A stretch of DNA of 64,000 nt from the NCBI GenBank assembly GCA_012295275.1, contig CM022674.1:11966001-12030000 (forward strand), written 5' to 3'. Both the position numbers and the translations under genes were made by a program. Below are positions 31,247-52,968 of the stretch, piece after piece. This stretch comes from Chrysomallon squamiferum (lineage: Eukaryota > Animalia > Mollusca). Every line of letters begins with the position of its first letter. Position 1 is the first letter of the stretch. Below the pieces are notes generated by a model that saw only the letters and a program-made list of their open reading frames with translations, was not told where the DNA came from and did not search any database.

Positions 31247-32447
31247 TCATTCTCAGGCACATTTCTGTGCACGATGACGTCGGTGACGTCACAGCAGCTG
31301 GGATGTCATCGCGCCTTCATGGCGAATGCTATGAGTTGTGTGCAGAACGCTTCAATCAACTTCCAGTCTCTCACCTACCTCACCAGCAACGGCACCATAG
31401 GACAACCACCTCAGGAGGGCGTTGAACAGTTTCGCATGCGCGCCTGCAAGTAAGTGACGTCACAAAAGGAACAATAGTAAATAGGTCACAGTTATATTTA
31501 AACTGATATTTGTTCCATGAGGCATAAACACGTAATTAATCTGATACAGAAAAACTGCTGAACATGTACATGAACAGACACAAGACATGTATTTATTAAA
31601 ACTACTAAATATATTCATGAACGAAAATATATGTTACTTCCTGTTACTTTATATTCATAAAAAAAAATTGTGTTCTACGTCGTAGGTTTGTGTGCTTGTA
31701 TCGTGTTCATCATAAGTGGACATATTTGTAAAGAAAATGTCATAGATTTGTGTTTTTCAGTATAAGTGTATATGTCCATAAAGAAAGTGGGCAGAACGTC
31801 ATCTATTTATATATTTGTATCCTGTTTTAGTGTAAATCTGCATATTCGTAAACAAAGTCGTACTACGTCATATAGTTTGTGTCTTTATATCACGTTTAAG
31901 TATAAGTGAGTACTATGTTATAGGTTTGTGTCTTTATATCACGTTTAAGTAAAAGTGTGTACTATGTTATAGGTTTGTGTCTTTATATCACGTTTAAGTA
32001 TAAGTATGTACTATGTTATAGGTTTGTGCCTTTATATCACGTTTAAGTATGTACTACGTCATATGTTTTTGTCTATATATCACATTTAAGTATAAGTGTG
32101 TACTACGTCATATGTTTGTGTCTATATATCACGTTTAAGTATAAGTGTGTACTACGTCATATGTTTGTGTCTATATATCACGTTTAAGTATAAGTGTGTA
32201 CTATGTTTGTGTGTTTGTTTCGTGTTTCAGTATACGACCTCGCGTTGACCAGTGTGGAGAGATGGTGACTCAGACGTTGTTGAATAGCACGATGTGTATG
32301 AACCAACTCGAACGTCAACAAGTGATGGCGTCGTCCAAAGATATTTTCGGAGGATTCGACCGAATTTGTGCTCATCGTATGTTATTTATTTATTTATTTA
32401 CTTATTAACTTATTTGTCTTGGTGATGTTATATTTTGTTTTAATGTG

Positions 32448-32493
<46 letters not shown>

Positions 32494-33003
32494 TGTCTCT
32501 GTCTGTCTGTTCATCTGTCACAGTGCTAATCGTGAGTTGCTTTTATTTTGTTATAATTTTCTTTTTTTTTAATATTTATTTATTTATTTATTTATTATTT
32601 TGATGTTGTTATTGTTTTTTAACATAAATTATTTCTGCTTCTTCTTCCTCTTTCTCTTCTGCTGAGCTAATATTCAGTTACTTTCTTTAAATGAATGTTA
32701 AAACTCACCTGCAATGTTTGACGTAATTAATTATTCAAATCAGTTCATTACGTCATTACATTTTCCTAACAGCTTGTCGGTGGACCCTGAAAGAAGAAAT
32801 CAGACAATGTTTCACTTACAACAACCTTGACCCGAGATTGTTTTTCGACTCTTTCTGGTTGAAGAACGCCGTTATTGGGCTCATTAGTGACGAGAGCTAT
32901 CAGTTCTGCACGTAAGTTAATGTTCAGTGACGTTACTGATGACGTCATAATTAGGGAAGTAACTCTGAAAAATGAAAATAAAATATTTATTTATTTATTT
33001 ATT

Positions 33004-33034
<31 letters not shown>

Positions 33035-33682
33035 CTACTACTATTAATATTATTATTATTTCTGTTTATTTTATTTTATGTTATTTCTTTTTTCTTTTTG
33101 ATTTAGATTTTAGTCTATTTTATAACCATTTTTATTAATGTTTTTTTTAATTATTATTTTTAAGATTATTATTATTATTTTAACTTTACTGTAATTAGAG
33201 CACGTTCGTGTATTATTACACTAACTTACTTCATTAAAAAAAATAATAATGGAAAATAAAATTATTTTTAAAAAAAAGGATTGTTTTACACCCAAATTTG
33301 TTTGTGTCATTAAATAATATATTTTAATTTATTTATACAACATTTATATAACATATATTTATAATACTCAATAGTTATTATTTAACTGTTCATTTATAAC
33401 TTGGTACTATAAGAAACTGAAGGTAATTCATATTATTCTATCAATGGGTGATCGAAGAAGAGGTCGTAGTTGACGTAAATAAAATATTTGTGTTGCAGCA
33501 CACGACAGCAGTTGATGCAGTGTCTGAGGCAGAAGGCGCAGGCGTGTCCAGATTCACAACAAGTCTTCACTGAGATGGGGATGGAACTGAACTCAATGGA
33601 GCGTGGAATTAACACTCTGTGTAACTTCCAGAACGGTTAGTGACGAATTTCAGCCGCCACGGACACTAAGACATTTTTATTA

Positions 33683-33779
<97 letters not shown>

Positions 33780-34469
33780 ACTCACTCACTCACTCACTCA
33801 TGGATATATTTTCTAAATTCAGTCTACCTGAACGGACTTGGGTGTTACATGAACCCGTCCCCAGAAGTACAGATGTGTCAGCACAATGCAGAGATGAAAA
33901 TGCAGACGATTAAATCCATACAATACACACAGCTGACAAACCAGCAGTTCATCATGCAGATCTGCAGGTACTGACCATTTATTTATTTATTTATTTATTT
34001 TTATTTATTTATTTATTTATTTATTTATATTCTTAATCATCGTCATTATTATCATAATCATCATCATTATTGCAAATGTATGTATTATTACCAACATACC
34101 ATCACAATCACCACCATCATCATCATTGCTGTCTGTGTTGACGGTGTTGCTGCTGTTACTTCACTCTCTGTTACCACTGTTCGCAGTACTCGACTGGAGG
34201 GGTCTGAGTGCGTCATCAACGCGTACACACGACGTCAGCAGGACCGCTGCGACCTCGCCATGGAGGGTCTGAGAACCGAACTCGACTGCATACTTCTGCC
34301 TCAGCTGTGCATGCAGTTCTACCCGCACATGTTCCAGCGCCTCTGCAACCCAATGAACTACCACCTGGAAGAACGAAGCCACTACGCAGCCGCCGGAAGT
34401 CTCCAGTTCGCATGGACGACCATTTCCGCTCTTCTGATTGCCGCCATTGTTTTCAAAGAGCGACTATGA
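30724..34469 (+). CDS. Paralog A: secreted, putatively GPI-anchored triple Cys-module glycoprotein, 354 aa, intact
   Basis: Exons 30724-30745, 31257-31449, 32231-32376, 32773-32911, 33499-33635, 33823-33967, 34187-34469; all GT-AG; 1065 nt in frame; intron phases 1,2,1,2,1,2. Signal-like MFSLLIVGTFLCTMTSVTS-QQ, 20 mature Cys, hydrophobic C-terminus (HYAAAGSLQFAWTTISALLIAAIVFKERL). Confidence 0.92.
31670..32235. repeat. ~49-bp minisatellite in intron 2 of paralog A
   Basis: Unit tactacgtcatatgtttgtgtctatatatcacgtttaagtataagtgtg (copies start at 32101 and 32150), more degenerate leftwards. Confidence 0.9.
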
Positions 34470-34733
34470 TAATTTTAATTTTATTTAAATAAAAAAAAAA
34501 AATTTTTTTTTTTTTTAAATTTCTGTTAGTATATTTTTGATAAAATGTTTTGTTTGTTTTGATTAATCTGATCATGCCGTTTATTGGCAGAATGAAGATT
34601 AAGATAGACAAAGAGAGATTTGGATGGGTGTTGTTAAAGGAAAGATTAAATCCAGTTGTAAATATAATAAAATATATATAAATATATACCACTTGTAAAT
34701 ATCATTGATTCCAATACCTAGAGGCAAGATTTA

Positions 34734-34794
<61 letters not shown>

Positions 34795-35899
34795 TCTATT
34801 TTTGTTATTATAACTGATAGTTTATTTACTTTTTTTTTTCAATTTTAATTTTATAACTGATTTATTTGTTTGTTTATTGTTTTAAATTTTATTTTATTTT
34901 ATTTCATACGTTTATAATGTAATTAACTCTATAATCACAGTATTACACAGAATATGAATAAAATATTTACTAATTTTTTTTACGTCTTTTTTAAATTTTT
35001 GTTGTTTTTGTGCTTACAAATGAAACATGTTGTATATTTCTACCAAAATAAAATGTAAGATAAGATTTTACTAAACACACACACAAAGACAGAGAGAGAG
35101 AGAAGAAAAAGAAGAAGAAAGAAATTGATAGAGAATATTATTATTTAAAGAGTGTTCAAATTTCTATCATCAAAATGGATATCACTTTTCCCAAATCTGA
35201 CTGAAAGTGGTTTGTTTACAAAATAAATAAATAAACAGACAAACAAAGAAAAAATCAATAAACAGAATTACTTTAATTATACGACGACGTGTTTAAAACA
35301 TTTTGATTACTTTAATGAAATTTGTAATCAAAAACAAAAAGGGAACGAGTAAATTATTTTCAAAAACAATATGCTGAATACTCAGTCTGTCAGGAATTTT
35401 GTCCCCAATATCAAATGACGTCAGGAGAACAGTGACTGCCGGCAGACGACACCTAGGGCTTGGTGTTTTATTACCATACTTCAACATTATCATCCCTTGA
35501 TGTTGTTTCAATGTTAAGAAATCGAAAAATGTAAAACTACCTAGAAATGATTAAGACATTTCAACATGAGGAAAAGAAACTTAAATTTACTCATTTATTT
35601 AATTATTTTTGTACATATGAGTGCATACCTGTGTGCAGTTATGTATGCATGCATGCATGTATGTGTTTGTATATATATATGCATACATATGTATGTGTAT
35701 GTGTGTGTATATATATGTGTGTGTATGTATTTCTGTATGTAAGTATGTGTATTTATGTATGTATGTATATATGTATATATTACGTATCAGTGTATTTATG
35801 TATGTATAAATGACATGCGTCAATACATTGAATTTTTTATCATTACTATTTAAGTCATTAAAAATGAATTAATTAATTACTATAATAATAATAATAATA

Positions 35900-35951
<52 letters not shown>

Positions 35952-36996
35952 CCAAGAAGAAGAAACCGAATACTAAATAATAATATGATGAAGATGAAAA
36001 AAAAAAGAAGAAAAAACAGAGATTTAATTTGTACTTTTTTCTGGTTTCTACAACAACAACAGTAATAGTAATAACAGCAGTAGAAGTTGAAGCATCGACA
36101 GCAACAGCAGCATTAGTAGTAATAATAAATTAAGTAGTGGTTCTAGTAGTAGTAGTAGTAATCGTAGTAATAGTAATAATAGTAGTAGCGGTGGTGGTGG
36201 ATGCGGTTGTAGAGGTAATAGTAAAGTTAGTACTGGTAGTAGTAAATGTAGCAGTGGTTATAGTAGAAGAAGTAGTAGTAGAAATAATAATCAAATAATG
36301 ATATAATGATGATGATGTTGATAACAATAGTAGTAGTGTGTAATACTAATGTTAATGATGATAATTATAACATTGATGATGATTGTGATCATATTAATAA
36401 AAAAAAACCCACAAAACAACAGAAACAACAATAAAAAAACAACAAATAAAAAACAACAACAAAACAAACAACTACATAACATATTTTTAAAAATCCTTAT
36501 TCCAAAATAAATAAATATTTTACAAGAAGCAACAAACGAAAACATCACAAAATGTTTTTATATTTTTGTCACTTACTTGTTGCTTTATATGTAATCTCTC
36601 CTTTTCAGGAACTGGCTCTAGAGCACTAGGTGTAACGGGACAAATGTATGATTTATTACTTTATTTATTTTATTTATTTTATTTTAAACCAGTAACTCGT
36701 AAGCAATAAATTACAGATTCCACGACAGGGCCAGTAACTCTAGCTATTTATGTGGCAAATTCTAAAACATAAAGAAAATAAATATTCCAACGAAAACACA
36801 AAATAAGACACATAAATATCTTGAGTGAGTGAACACAGGTTTTATTTTAACAATTTATATTAGTATTCCATTTTACATATAAGCACATATCCGATTCATA
36901 TACATGGGTGAGAGTCAAAGGGAAAGAAACAGAAACAGAAAAAAAAATAAATATTTTGCTAATTAAAAGCTCTAAAAAAATAGATATTGCAGATAA

Positions 36997-37094
<98 letters not shown>

Positions 37095-37389
37095 GGTTCA
37101 GCAAACATTTACTTATTTATTTACGATTACACCATCGACACCGGAAATGAACCTACAACATTCAACGAGCATGCGTGCTACGCTACAACGCAAGCAGGTG
37201 GACATTCACTCGTGATACATGAGAAAAATATTAGTCTCCAAGCCTCGAGCCAGCGCCTGCTGTCCACAAACATCCTCAGGCCAAAATGTCCAGTCCATGA
37301 GCTAAGAAATGTCATTTTCTAAATCAGTAGCGTTATTGATGGACATTGCAGTGGTCAATCAATCATGCACCAATATCCTCAGATGAGCC

Positions 37390-37521
37390 GGATGTGACGT
37401 CATCGGTCAGCCTATTGGTCAGTTTGTGGCCGGAGAGTTTGAGAAAAAGGAACAGGACAGCCGATTTAGAGCACTTTTAAAAGTTGTTCCGTCACAGTGG
37501 TGTTTAATCTGTGGAACAAAT
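37390..37521 (+). promoter_or_regulatory. Putative proximal promoter of paralog B
   Basis: CRE palindrome TGACGTCA near 37396 and inverted CCAAT (ATTGG) near 37415, 100-130 bp before the ATG. Confidence 0.4.
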
Positions 37522-44141
<6,620 letters not shown>

Positions 44142-44544
44142 TCAAAGCTTAGATTTTTATTTAAAACACATTTTCGTTTCTTTAAAAAAAAAATTGTTTT
44201 TCTTAATCATTTTTTTCAAATTTATTTTTATTTCTTTCTTTCCTTTTTTTTTTTTTTTTTTTTTTTCTTTTTTTAATCTTGTATCTTCGGGACAAATAAT
44301 TTTTATATATATATATATATATAATTATTAATATGCTTCTGGGAAAATACAAATGTATGAATGTTACCTAGGAAAAGTCTAAACTTAAAAGCTTCAGTTA
44401 AATATAGGATGTTTGTTTTATGACGAAACTAGTTTCCTCCACATTTACATACCTGAAAAACTTTAATATCAGTATGTGAGCGCTGGCTAGAATGGGAAAT
44501 TTTCCTTAGGATGAATGATCTTTTATATTAGCAAATCAAATAGG

Positions 44545-44575
<31 letters not shown>

Positions 44576-44579
44576 TTTT

Positions 44580-44638
<59 letters not shown>

Positions 44639-44869
44639 ATTTATTTATTTATTTATTTATTATTATTATTAATTAATTAATTTATTTATATTTCATTTAT
44701 TTACTTAGTTACTTATTTATTTAAATAGCTATCTGTCTTTTTATTCATCTGTATATTCTGTCTGTATTACTTTGACGTGTCATGATTATTATTAATTAAA
44801 GGAGAATGGTTTATTTTTTACATTTTTTTTTTTCTTCACTTTTTCTGTTTTGGACAGGCGTTCTCTGAA

Positions 44870-44901
<32 letters not shown>

Positions 44902-45263
44902 ATATTTATGTCACGATTCCTTAAGGGTGTTTTTTTAATGACTTCTGCCTTTCTGAATGAGTCATCCCCACCCCCCCACCCCCACTATTCGCGCCTACAC
45001 TTCTGAAAACATTATTACGTCATCTGTCGTAATGAAGCCTTCCGGTGGACAAAACGACGACATCAGTTTAATGTACCTAACCTTTCATCACATCATTCAT
45101 TTCAATGTATTCTTGCGCGAAACATATAGTCCATCATATATGTAAGAATTGCTACGTTCTGAATGTGGGGAGCTCGAAACTATTTCTGTGAATAAAATGC
45201 TTGACAATAAAAATTTGAAAAGCAAATAAAAATCTTGGCTTGTTTCTTTTCTTTTTCTTGGCT

Positions 45264-45299
<36 letters not shown>

Positions 45300-45465
45300 C
45301 GTATGTACACAGACAGACAGAAAGGAATACAATTCACAAACAAAGATTTAAAAACAAACCTGACATTTACATCTGTCTCTAAATTTACATATCAACTATT
45401 ACTTCTTTTTCACTTTAAGACCAAACAATGAGATATTTCTTCTATTATGCCGATAGCTGTTAATG

Positions 45466-45569
<104 letters not shown>

Positions 45570-46019
45570 GTCTGCCATGTATGGACATTCACCTGTATTC
45601 ATACATGCACGTATCTTACCCACATAGTTTTATATAAAAAGTCGCTCACGCTCTTTAACACACAAACATAGATCTAATAATGACGACACGACACTGATGT
45701 TGGTTTTTATTAATTGAAAACGGATGCAAGGAGTAGGTGACTTGCGAGGCAGGGCGTCAAACAGCTAACTGATAGTTTGTCAAAAGTTAACATCTGAAGC
45801 AGGAAGTTATTCCGCGATATTTGATAGTCCACTTTACTTAGTCAATACTTAATTACTTCTTTTTTATTTTAATATTTTTTTAATTATTTTTTTTTTTTAT
45901 TATTATTTTTAAATTATTATTAAATATGTTTATTTTAATTATCAGTTTCATACTTCCTGGATTAAATTATCTATCACGATTTTTATTACGTCTATGACTC
46001 GTCATCATTCCTTGTATCA

Positions 46020-46299
46020 GGTACCAATCAATCAATCTGAAATGTGTGTCACAATAATCAATTACTCCCTGGAATGTAACGGCTTCTGTGATTGGCTGAA
46101 AACATAATTTGTCAACAATTCAATTGCCCCGAGACGGAAAATCACGTCGTAATCTAATTATATCGTGGATTCTGATTGGCTGAAAGTGATTATTAAAGTT
46201 TCGAAAATACAGTGTTTACTGAGTATGTGGCTTGTATTGTGGAAATAAATTTTGATTTTTAAGAAGAACAATAAGAGAACTGGAAAAAGAGAGCCGAAG
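46020..46299 (+). promoter_or_regulatory. Putative proximal promoter of paralog C
   Basis: Two copies of tgattggctgaaa (inverted CCAAT) near 46090 and 46175 and a CCAATCA near 46024. Confidence 0.4.
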
Positions 46300-46379
46300 A
46301 TGTGGACGAAAATCATTTTAGGTAAGTAAACATTAAAACACTGTTATCTTTGTAGTAGCAGTGGTGGTAATAATAAAAA

Positions 46380-46410
<31 letters not shown>

Positions 46411-48622
46411 AACAACAACAACAAATGAATGAATGAATGAATGAATGAATAAGGAAATCTTAAGAATAAAACTTTTTTCTCGGTAGAAAGATTAATTAAA
46501 TGATTTTGCAACATTTACAAAATAAAAAATTACAATGATAATTAAAATAATGATAATAATAATAATAATAATAATGATAATAATAATAATAATAATAAAT
46601 AACTAAAATAAAATATATGTAAACTAAACTAAATATATATAACACAACACAAGTGAAATGTATGATAATATTACTACTCTTTTTTTTATTAATAATTAAA
46701 TTGACAATATGTTTAACGAAACTAACAATTATAAATAAATAATTATCAATCAACAAATCAGATATTTTAAAAATCACAATGAATGTAAGGAAAATATACT
46801 CAACGATAAAAGATAATACAAATTAGCCAAAAGCATCAAGAGGTAAAATAATGTAAAAAATAAATAAAATAAAATAGAAATGTTATTTAATTGTGTAATA
46901 GAAATAGCAAAACCAGTTATGTCTAAAGCGTACAGTGCAAATATAAAACACAGTAATTAAATGTTTCATAAAAGAAAAAAAACAGCAGGATGAAAGATAC
47001 GCAGTAATAATTAATTTATTGAAATAGATAAAAACGCAAGCAACTAATTGAAAGACATTAAAAAAAAAGATTAATTAAAAGTGTCAAAAATATATAAGTT
47101 TGTACTATGATGAAACAAATGCGAATTATACAGAAAACAAAAGGCAATATGATGAAAACAGTTAATGTGATGAAACATTAATTAACAGTATTTAAGAAAA
47201 GGCAATATGATGAAGGTACATTACACGATGAATTAGTAATTAAAAATATTAAAGAATGTAACAGAAAAGTAAAAGCATTAGGATAAAAGCTTAAGAAATT
47301 GATAAAATATTAAAGTTGTTTAATAATATAAAATAAAATAAAATATATAATATGATAAAATATTAAAGATTTTTAAGAAAGTAAAAAGGAACGGAAATGT
47401 ATAAAATGATAAAATATTAATTAAAGCTATTCTGACAATGTAAAACTAAAATAAAAAGCAATGTGGATGGAAGTATAAACATTTTTTTTTATAAAATATT
47501 AAAGATATCTAAGAAGAAAAAAAGAAGATAGCAATATGATGAAAGTGCTATACACAACAACAACAACAACATTAATAATAATTAATTAATTAATTTGACG
47601 CTAATTTCAGGGGCCGCTCTCTGCTGTTTTATTGGACTGATCTTTGCCCAGCAGCAGCCGAGTCCGTGTCAGCAGCAGTTCCAGAACAGCCTGTTTGCGT
47701 GTCTGCAGAACCAGAGTCTCGACGTGAAGAACTTTCTCTGGTTTGTCACAAACCACACGGGCGGCCAGGCACCAGCCAACCAGGACGCATTCAAAAACAA
47801 GTCTGCGCGTCAGTACCGTCTTAAACCACTTTGTCTTAAAACATTAATAATAATTAAATAAATAAACATAAATAATAATATTAATAGTATTCAAAGACAG
47901 TCCAGACTGTAGATGTTTGTTTTATAAATTGTTATTGTTTGTATAACCAAATATGACAGTAGAATAATTTCGTTATAAAACACATTAAGACGCCATTTTA
48001 CTTCTTTACAACTGGAAACTGTCATTTACGGACAACACAGGAATCTTAAGCACAGAGATATCGTCACGACTACATAAAAATAATAGTAGGAATATATTTT
48101 AATCTTTACTCTTCACTTTTCATAATTTATTATCAATTAACATATATTTAGACTGTTTATTCATATCTCCACAGGTGCACTTTAAATTTATTCATTAATA
48201 GCATAATTACATTACAGTCATTATCTTGTTCTTTTTCTTCTTTTCATTACAATTTTTTGTATTAAATTTTGAAATAAGAAAATATTAATTTAATTTCAGA
48301 AAGCAGAAACCAACTTTCGAGTGCGGGATTGGTTTCATGCGAGTCCTGATGGCACCAACCAGCGTCTGTGCCAAGATGCAGTCACCACAGCAACCAGGAC
48401 AAATAATGGACGTGAGAAAAGCGGTAGAACAACAGTTCTGGTCATTCTTTAGGTCACTCGACAACGCATGCGCTCATCGTACGTTTTTTTTCTTATAATT
48501 GTGTCTAGTTTTTGTCACTTACCTTTGTTCGTAAACCAAACAAGTGCAGTGAATCTTGACTTTATAAAAATAATTATCTGTCTCTTTCTGTGTGTATATG
48601 TGTATATATTTGTGTAAATATG

Positions 48623-48663
<41 letters not shown>

Positions 48664-49249
48664 GTGTGTGTGTGTGATCAATCAGTTCAATCAATCTAAT
48701 CAATAATCGATCCATTAATCTGTGTATCCATCTATCCATGAGTCTGTCTATCTCTCTCTCTATCTGACCGTCTGTCTGTCTGATTTTCTGTCTGTATGGA
48801 TGTCTGTCTGTCTGCCTGACTGTCTAACTCGAACTGCTTACTTACCACTGCAGCTAGAACTCTTGCTATTACATAATGTGTTATTAAACTGATCTGTGAT
48901 GTAAAGCACGGTGTGACGCACTGAATCAAATCTTTAACGTCTTCTCTGTTGCAGCATGTCGTCGTACCCTGGCCAGCGATCTACGAGGGTGTTACTCATA
49001 CGCCGGACTCGACCCCTCCCTTTTCCTCTCAAACACAAGCATGAGCAAAGGGGCGGTAATCGGTACAAACCCAGCCCAAGTCAAACTCTTCTGCGCGTAA
49101 GTTTAAAAAAAAGAGATCGTTTAGCATCTGACTTTTTAACTAGTTGGCGTTTAATGATAATGATACTGGCACAACATTAACAATAAGACATCAATACGAA
49201 GAATCGCAATAATAATAATAATAACAACAACAATAATAATAATAATTCA

Positions 49250-49291
<42 letters not shown>

Positions 49292-49451
49292 TTAATAAAT
49301 AATAATAATGAATGATATTTAATTAATTAATTATTAATAATGATATTAAATAACTATTTAATTAAATGGTTAATATAATAATAATATTAATTAAAATAAT
49401 AATAATAATTTAAATAATAACAATAAATAATATTTAACTAATTAAATATTA

Positions 49452-49503
<52 letters not shown>

Positions 49504-50075
49504 AACAACTACAACAACAACAATAATAACAATATGGTTTTCACAGAAACAACAACAAGCTGGTCACGTGTATGAAGCAGAAACGAGACGCTTGTCCAGA
49601 AGCTCCCATTGTCCTGCGAGCCATTGGACTGGACATAGAATCCATGGACAAAGGGGTCAAGATTTTATGTAAACACCAGATAGGTGTGTATAGCAGTAAC
49701 ATCAGTAATTGTCGTCATAAGTGATATTAATTCATGAAAAAGTAATTATATATATATATATATATATTTGCACTGATATTACAGTAATTAGTAATATGTA
49801 TGTGCTTATCGACAATAACGAGGATAAACAGTTAATACGACGATGACGGTGAATACAAATACACGTGTTGAAGAATGAGTTGCTTTCTCTGCAGATTACC
49901 TCACTGGAATCCCGTGTTTTGCCGAGCCCACTGACAGAGTGATCGCTTGTCAGGAGGAGCAGGGTAAGAAAATGATAAACCTCATGATGGCAGCACAGAA
50001 AGGCTTGAACGAAACAATGTACTTCACCGAGTTCTGCAGGTACGTGTTAAAAACAGAAAATCATCTTCCGTAACT

Positions 50076-50133
<58 letters not shown>

Positions 50134-50653
50134 TAGATAGATAGATAGAGAGACAGATGAAATAAGTAATAACATAACAACGGATCGAAGTACCAAAAAA
50201 TACGATTAAGCAAAAAAAATAAATAAATAAATAAATAAAATAAAAAACAAAGTTGTCTCCTTTGGAAGAAATTGAAATGTATACTTTCTTGTTGTTGTTT
50301 ATATGTTTGTTTATTTTTTGTTTATTCTTTATTTTTATTTATTATTTATTTATTCATTTGTTTATTACAGGATACGTCTTGAACACATGAAATGTGATCT
50401 TGGCGCATGGGCACAGAAGAACCACGAGGCTTGTAACAAAAAGGTTATAGGCCTGCGCACTGAGCTCGAGTGCGAACTACTTCCGGATAAGTGCATCAAC
50501 TTACAGTCGTCAAAGATGGGTGACGTCTGCCACGAGAAGAAATTCTTCAAACATCTTCGTACGAACGGAGGCGGGTCCGGCGATGCCGCTGCAGTTCGGA
50601 GTTACTTCCCTTTGCTGGCAACTGCTGCAGTAGGTTTAAGTGTCTCGTTGTAA
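46300..50653 (+). CDS. Paralog C: same family, ~368 aa, with an apparent 1-nt deletion in the A run at 47793-47797
   Basis: Exons 46300-46321, 47611-47808 (or 47812), 48300-48478, 48955-49096, 49547-49683, 49895-50039, 50371-50653. Signal MWTKIILGAALCCFIGLIFA-QQQ; C-terminus NGGGSGDAAAVRSYFPLLATAAVGLSVSL*. Closest to B. Confidence 0.88.
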
Positions 50654-50854
50654 TAACTTTAGAACGGAGAAAACAGTCACGTGACAGTGTAAATGTTAGA
50701 AATAAACACTCGATAACAATATTCTGTAAATCCGAAAGAAGAATAAAATAACATTTTAAATATTTTAATATATTTTTTTTACGTTAGTTTTAATGCGATG
50801 TTTTATTAAATTTGTAAATTTATATTATTATCATTATTATCATTATTATCATTA

Positions 50855-50917
<63 letters not shown>

Positions 50918-51486
50918 TTAGCTGTGATCATGCATGAAGCTAAAATGGCTGATAAAATGATCATGATATAAGTATAAATTAAAATATTAAAAATTATAAA
51001 TGTATGATTTTGTTTTCGCAGAATTTTCATAATTGACAGGGTGTAAGCTATTTTTTTATTTATGTTTATTTGATTTTAAAATATTTTTCATCGTATATAT
51101 ATATATCTAAGGAGACAAAAATTAATTATGTTATATATATATATATAGCAACTAATTATCTAAACAAAATTAAATAATAAAAGAATATATTTTCGTTGTC
51201 ATTGTCAGTTATTTTTTATTAAATTGAATTATGAAATAATAACTGATATCTTTGTAGTAATAGTACTAGTAGAAGTAGTACTAATACTAACAGTAGAAGT
51301 AGTACTAGTAGTTGTAGAAGTAGTAGTAGTAGGAGGAGGAGTAACTGTTATGATGATAAGAACTAATTATTATGACCTTGATAATGTTAATATTAGAAAC
51401 AACAACATCATCATAATCATCATCATCACTAACAACAACAATATTAGTAAAAGTTAGGTAAAGACGATGATGTTGATAATGAAAAC

Positions 51487-51997
51487 ATACATACATACAT
51501 ACATACATTCATACATACATACATTCATACATACATACATACAAACATACATACATACATACATTCATGCATACATACATACATACATACATTCATGCAT
51601 ACATACATACATTCATACATACATTCATTCACACATATATACATTCATACATACAAACATACATACATACATACAAACATACATACATACATACATACAT
51701 ACATACAAACATACATACATACATACATTACATACATACATAATACATTCATTCATTCACATATACATTCATACATACATACATTCATTCATACATACAT
51801 ACATACATACATATATACATACATACATACATACAAACATACATACATACATACATACATACATACATACATACATACATACATACATACATACATACAT
51901 ACATACATACATTCATACATACATACATACATACATACATACATACATACATACAAACATACATACATACATTCATTCATACATACAAACATACATA
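51487..51997. repeat. (TACA)n tetranucleotide array
   Basis: Direct observation; source of the HTYI-repeat ORFs. Confidence 0.97.
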
Positions 51998-52009
51998 TCA
52001 TTTCGAGTC

Positions 52010-52311
52010 TTAAATACATACATACACATATAACAGTCCTAAATGCACAACCTTGCAGTATCGTTCGAGTCTTAAATACACGCATACACATATAACAGTC
52101 CTAAACACACACATACACATATAACAGTCCTAAATACACACATACACAAATAACAGTCCTAAATACACACATACACATATAACAGTCCTAAATATACACA
52201 TACACATATAACAGTCCTAAATACACACATACACATATAACAGTCCTAAACACACACATACACATATAACAGTCCTAAATATACACATACACATATAACA
52301 GTCCTAAATAC
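52010..52311. repeat. 29-bp minisatellite
   Basis: Unit taacagtcctaaatacacacatacacata, about 8-9 copies, next to the (TACA)n array. Confidence 0.9.
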
Positions 52312-52866
52312 AGAAGAAAAAAAATGGCTGCAGGACATTTTAGCCTGTTATCGATTAATATAAAGTTACATTTCCAAATTACTAAATAATTAATTCAATA
52401 AAAAATATGGAAATGTTTTAAAATGTTTTCAAAGGATATGTCTGGTTTGAGGGGGATTTTTGAAATGTTACATTTTTTCACAGATTTTTTAAAGGACACG
52501 TATTTAGAAATGTATCTGTATGAAATGTTACAATATTTCCTAGAATTTATAAAATATGATAGCAAAATAATAACTATATAGCCAAAAACAAAATGAGCTT
52601 TAAAAGTGAAAAGGACAAAAGCACAATGTGATATACGTCACAGCGGTCAACTTGAATCCCCGGAGTGCGGGAAATAATTACACTTCAGTACAGATTAGAT
52701 ATCTCTTACCAAGTAGGTCTCCCAACTAAAGTAAGGGCAACACAAAAATTCAGTATATTTGTTCAGAAGCTTAATAGTGATATTAATTTGTGGAAAAAAA
52801 AAAATCATTAATATTTAAACACAGAAATAAGAAAAAAGGAATAAATAAATAAATATTAATAAAAAC

Positions 52867-52929
<63 letters not shown>

Positions 52930-52937
52930 AATAATAA

Positions 52938-52968
<31 letters not shown>

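Noticed and set aside
34161-34492. Overlapping and antisense ORFs across exon 7 of paralog A (also at 40259-40610)
   Set aside because: Shadow frames of GC-richer coding exons.
51467-52311. HTYI-repeat ORFs and CRISPR-like appearance of the 29-bp repeat
   Set aside because: Tetranucleotide satellite and a head-to-tail minisatellite without unique spacers, in a eukaryote; the same applies to the 49-bp and 34-bp arrays.
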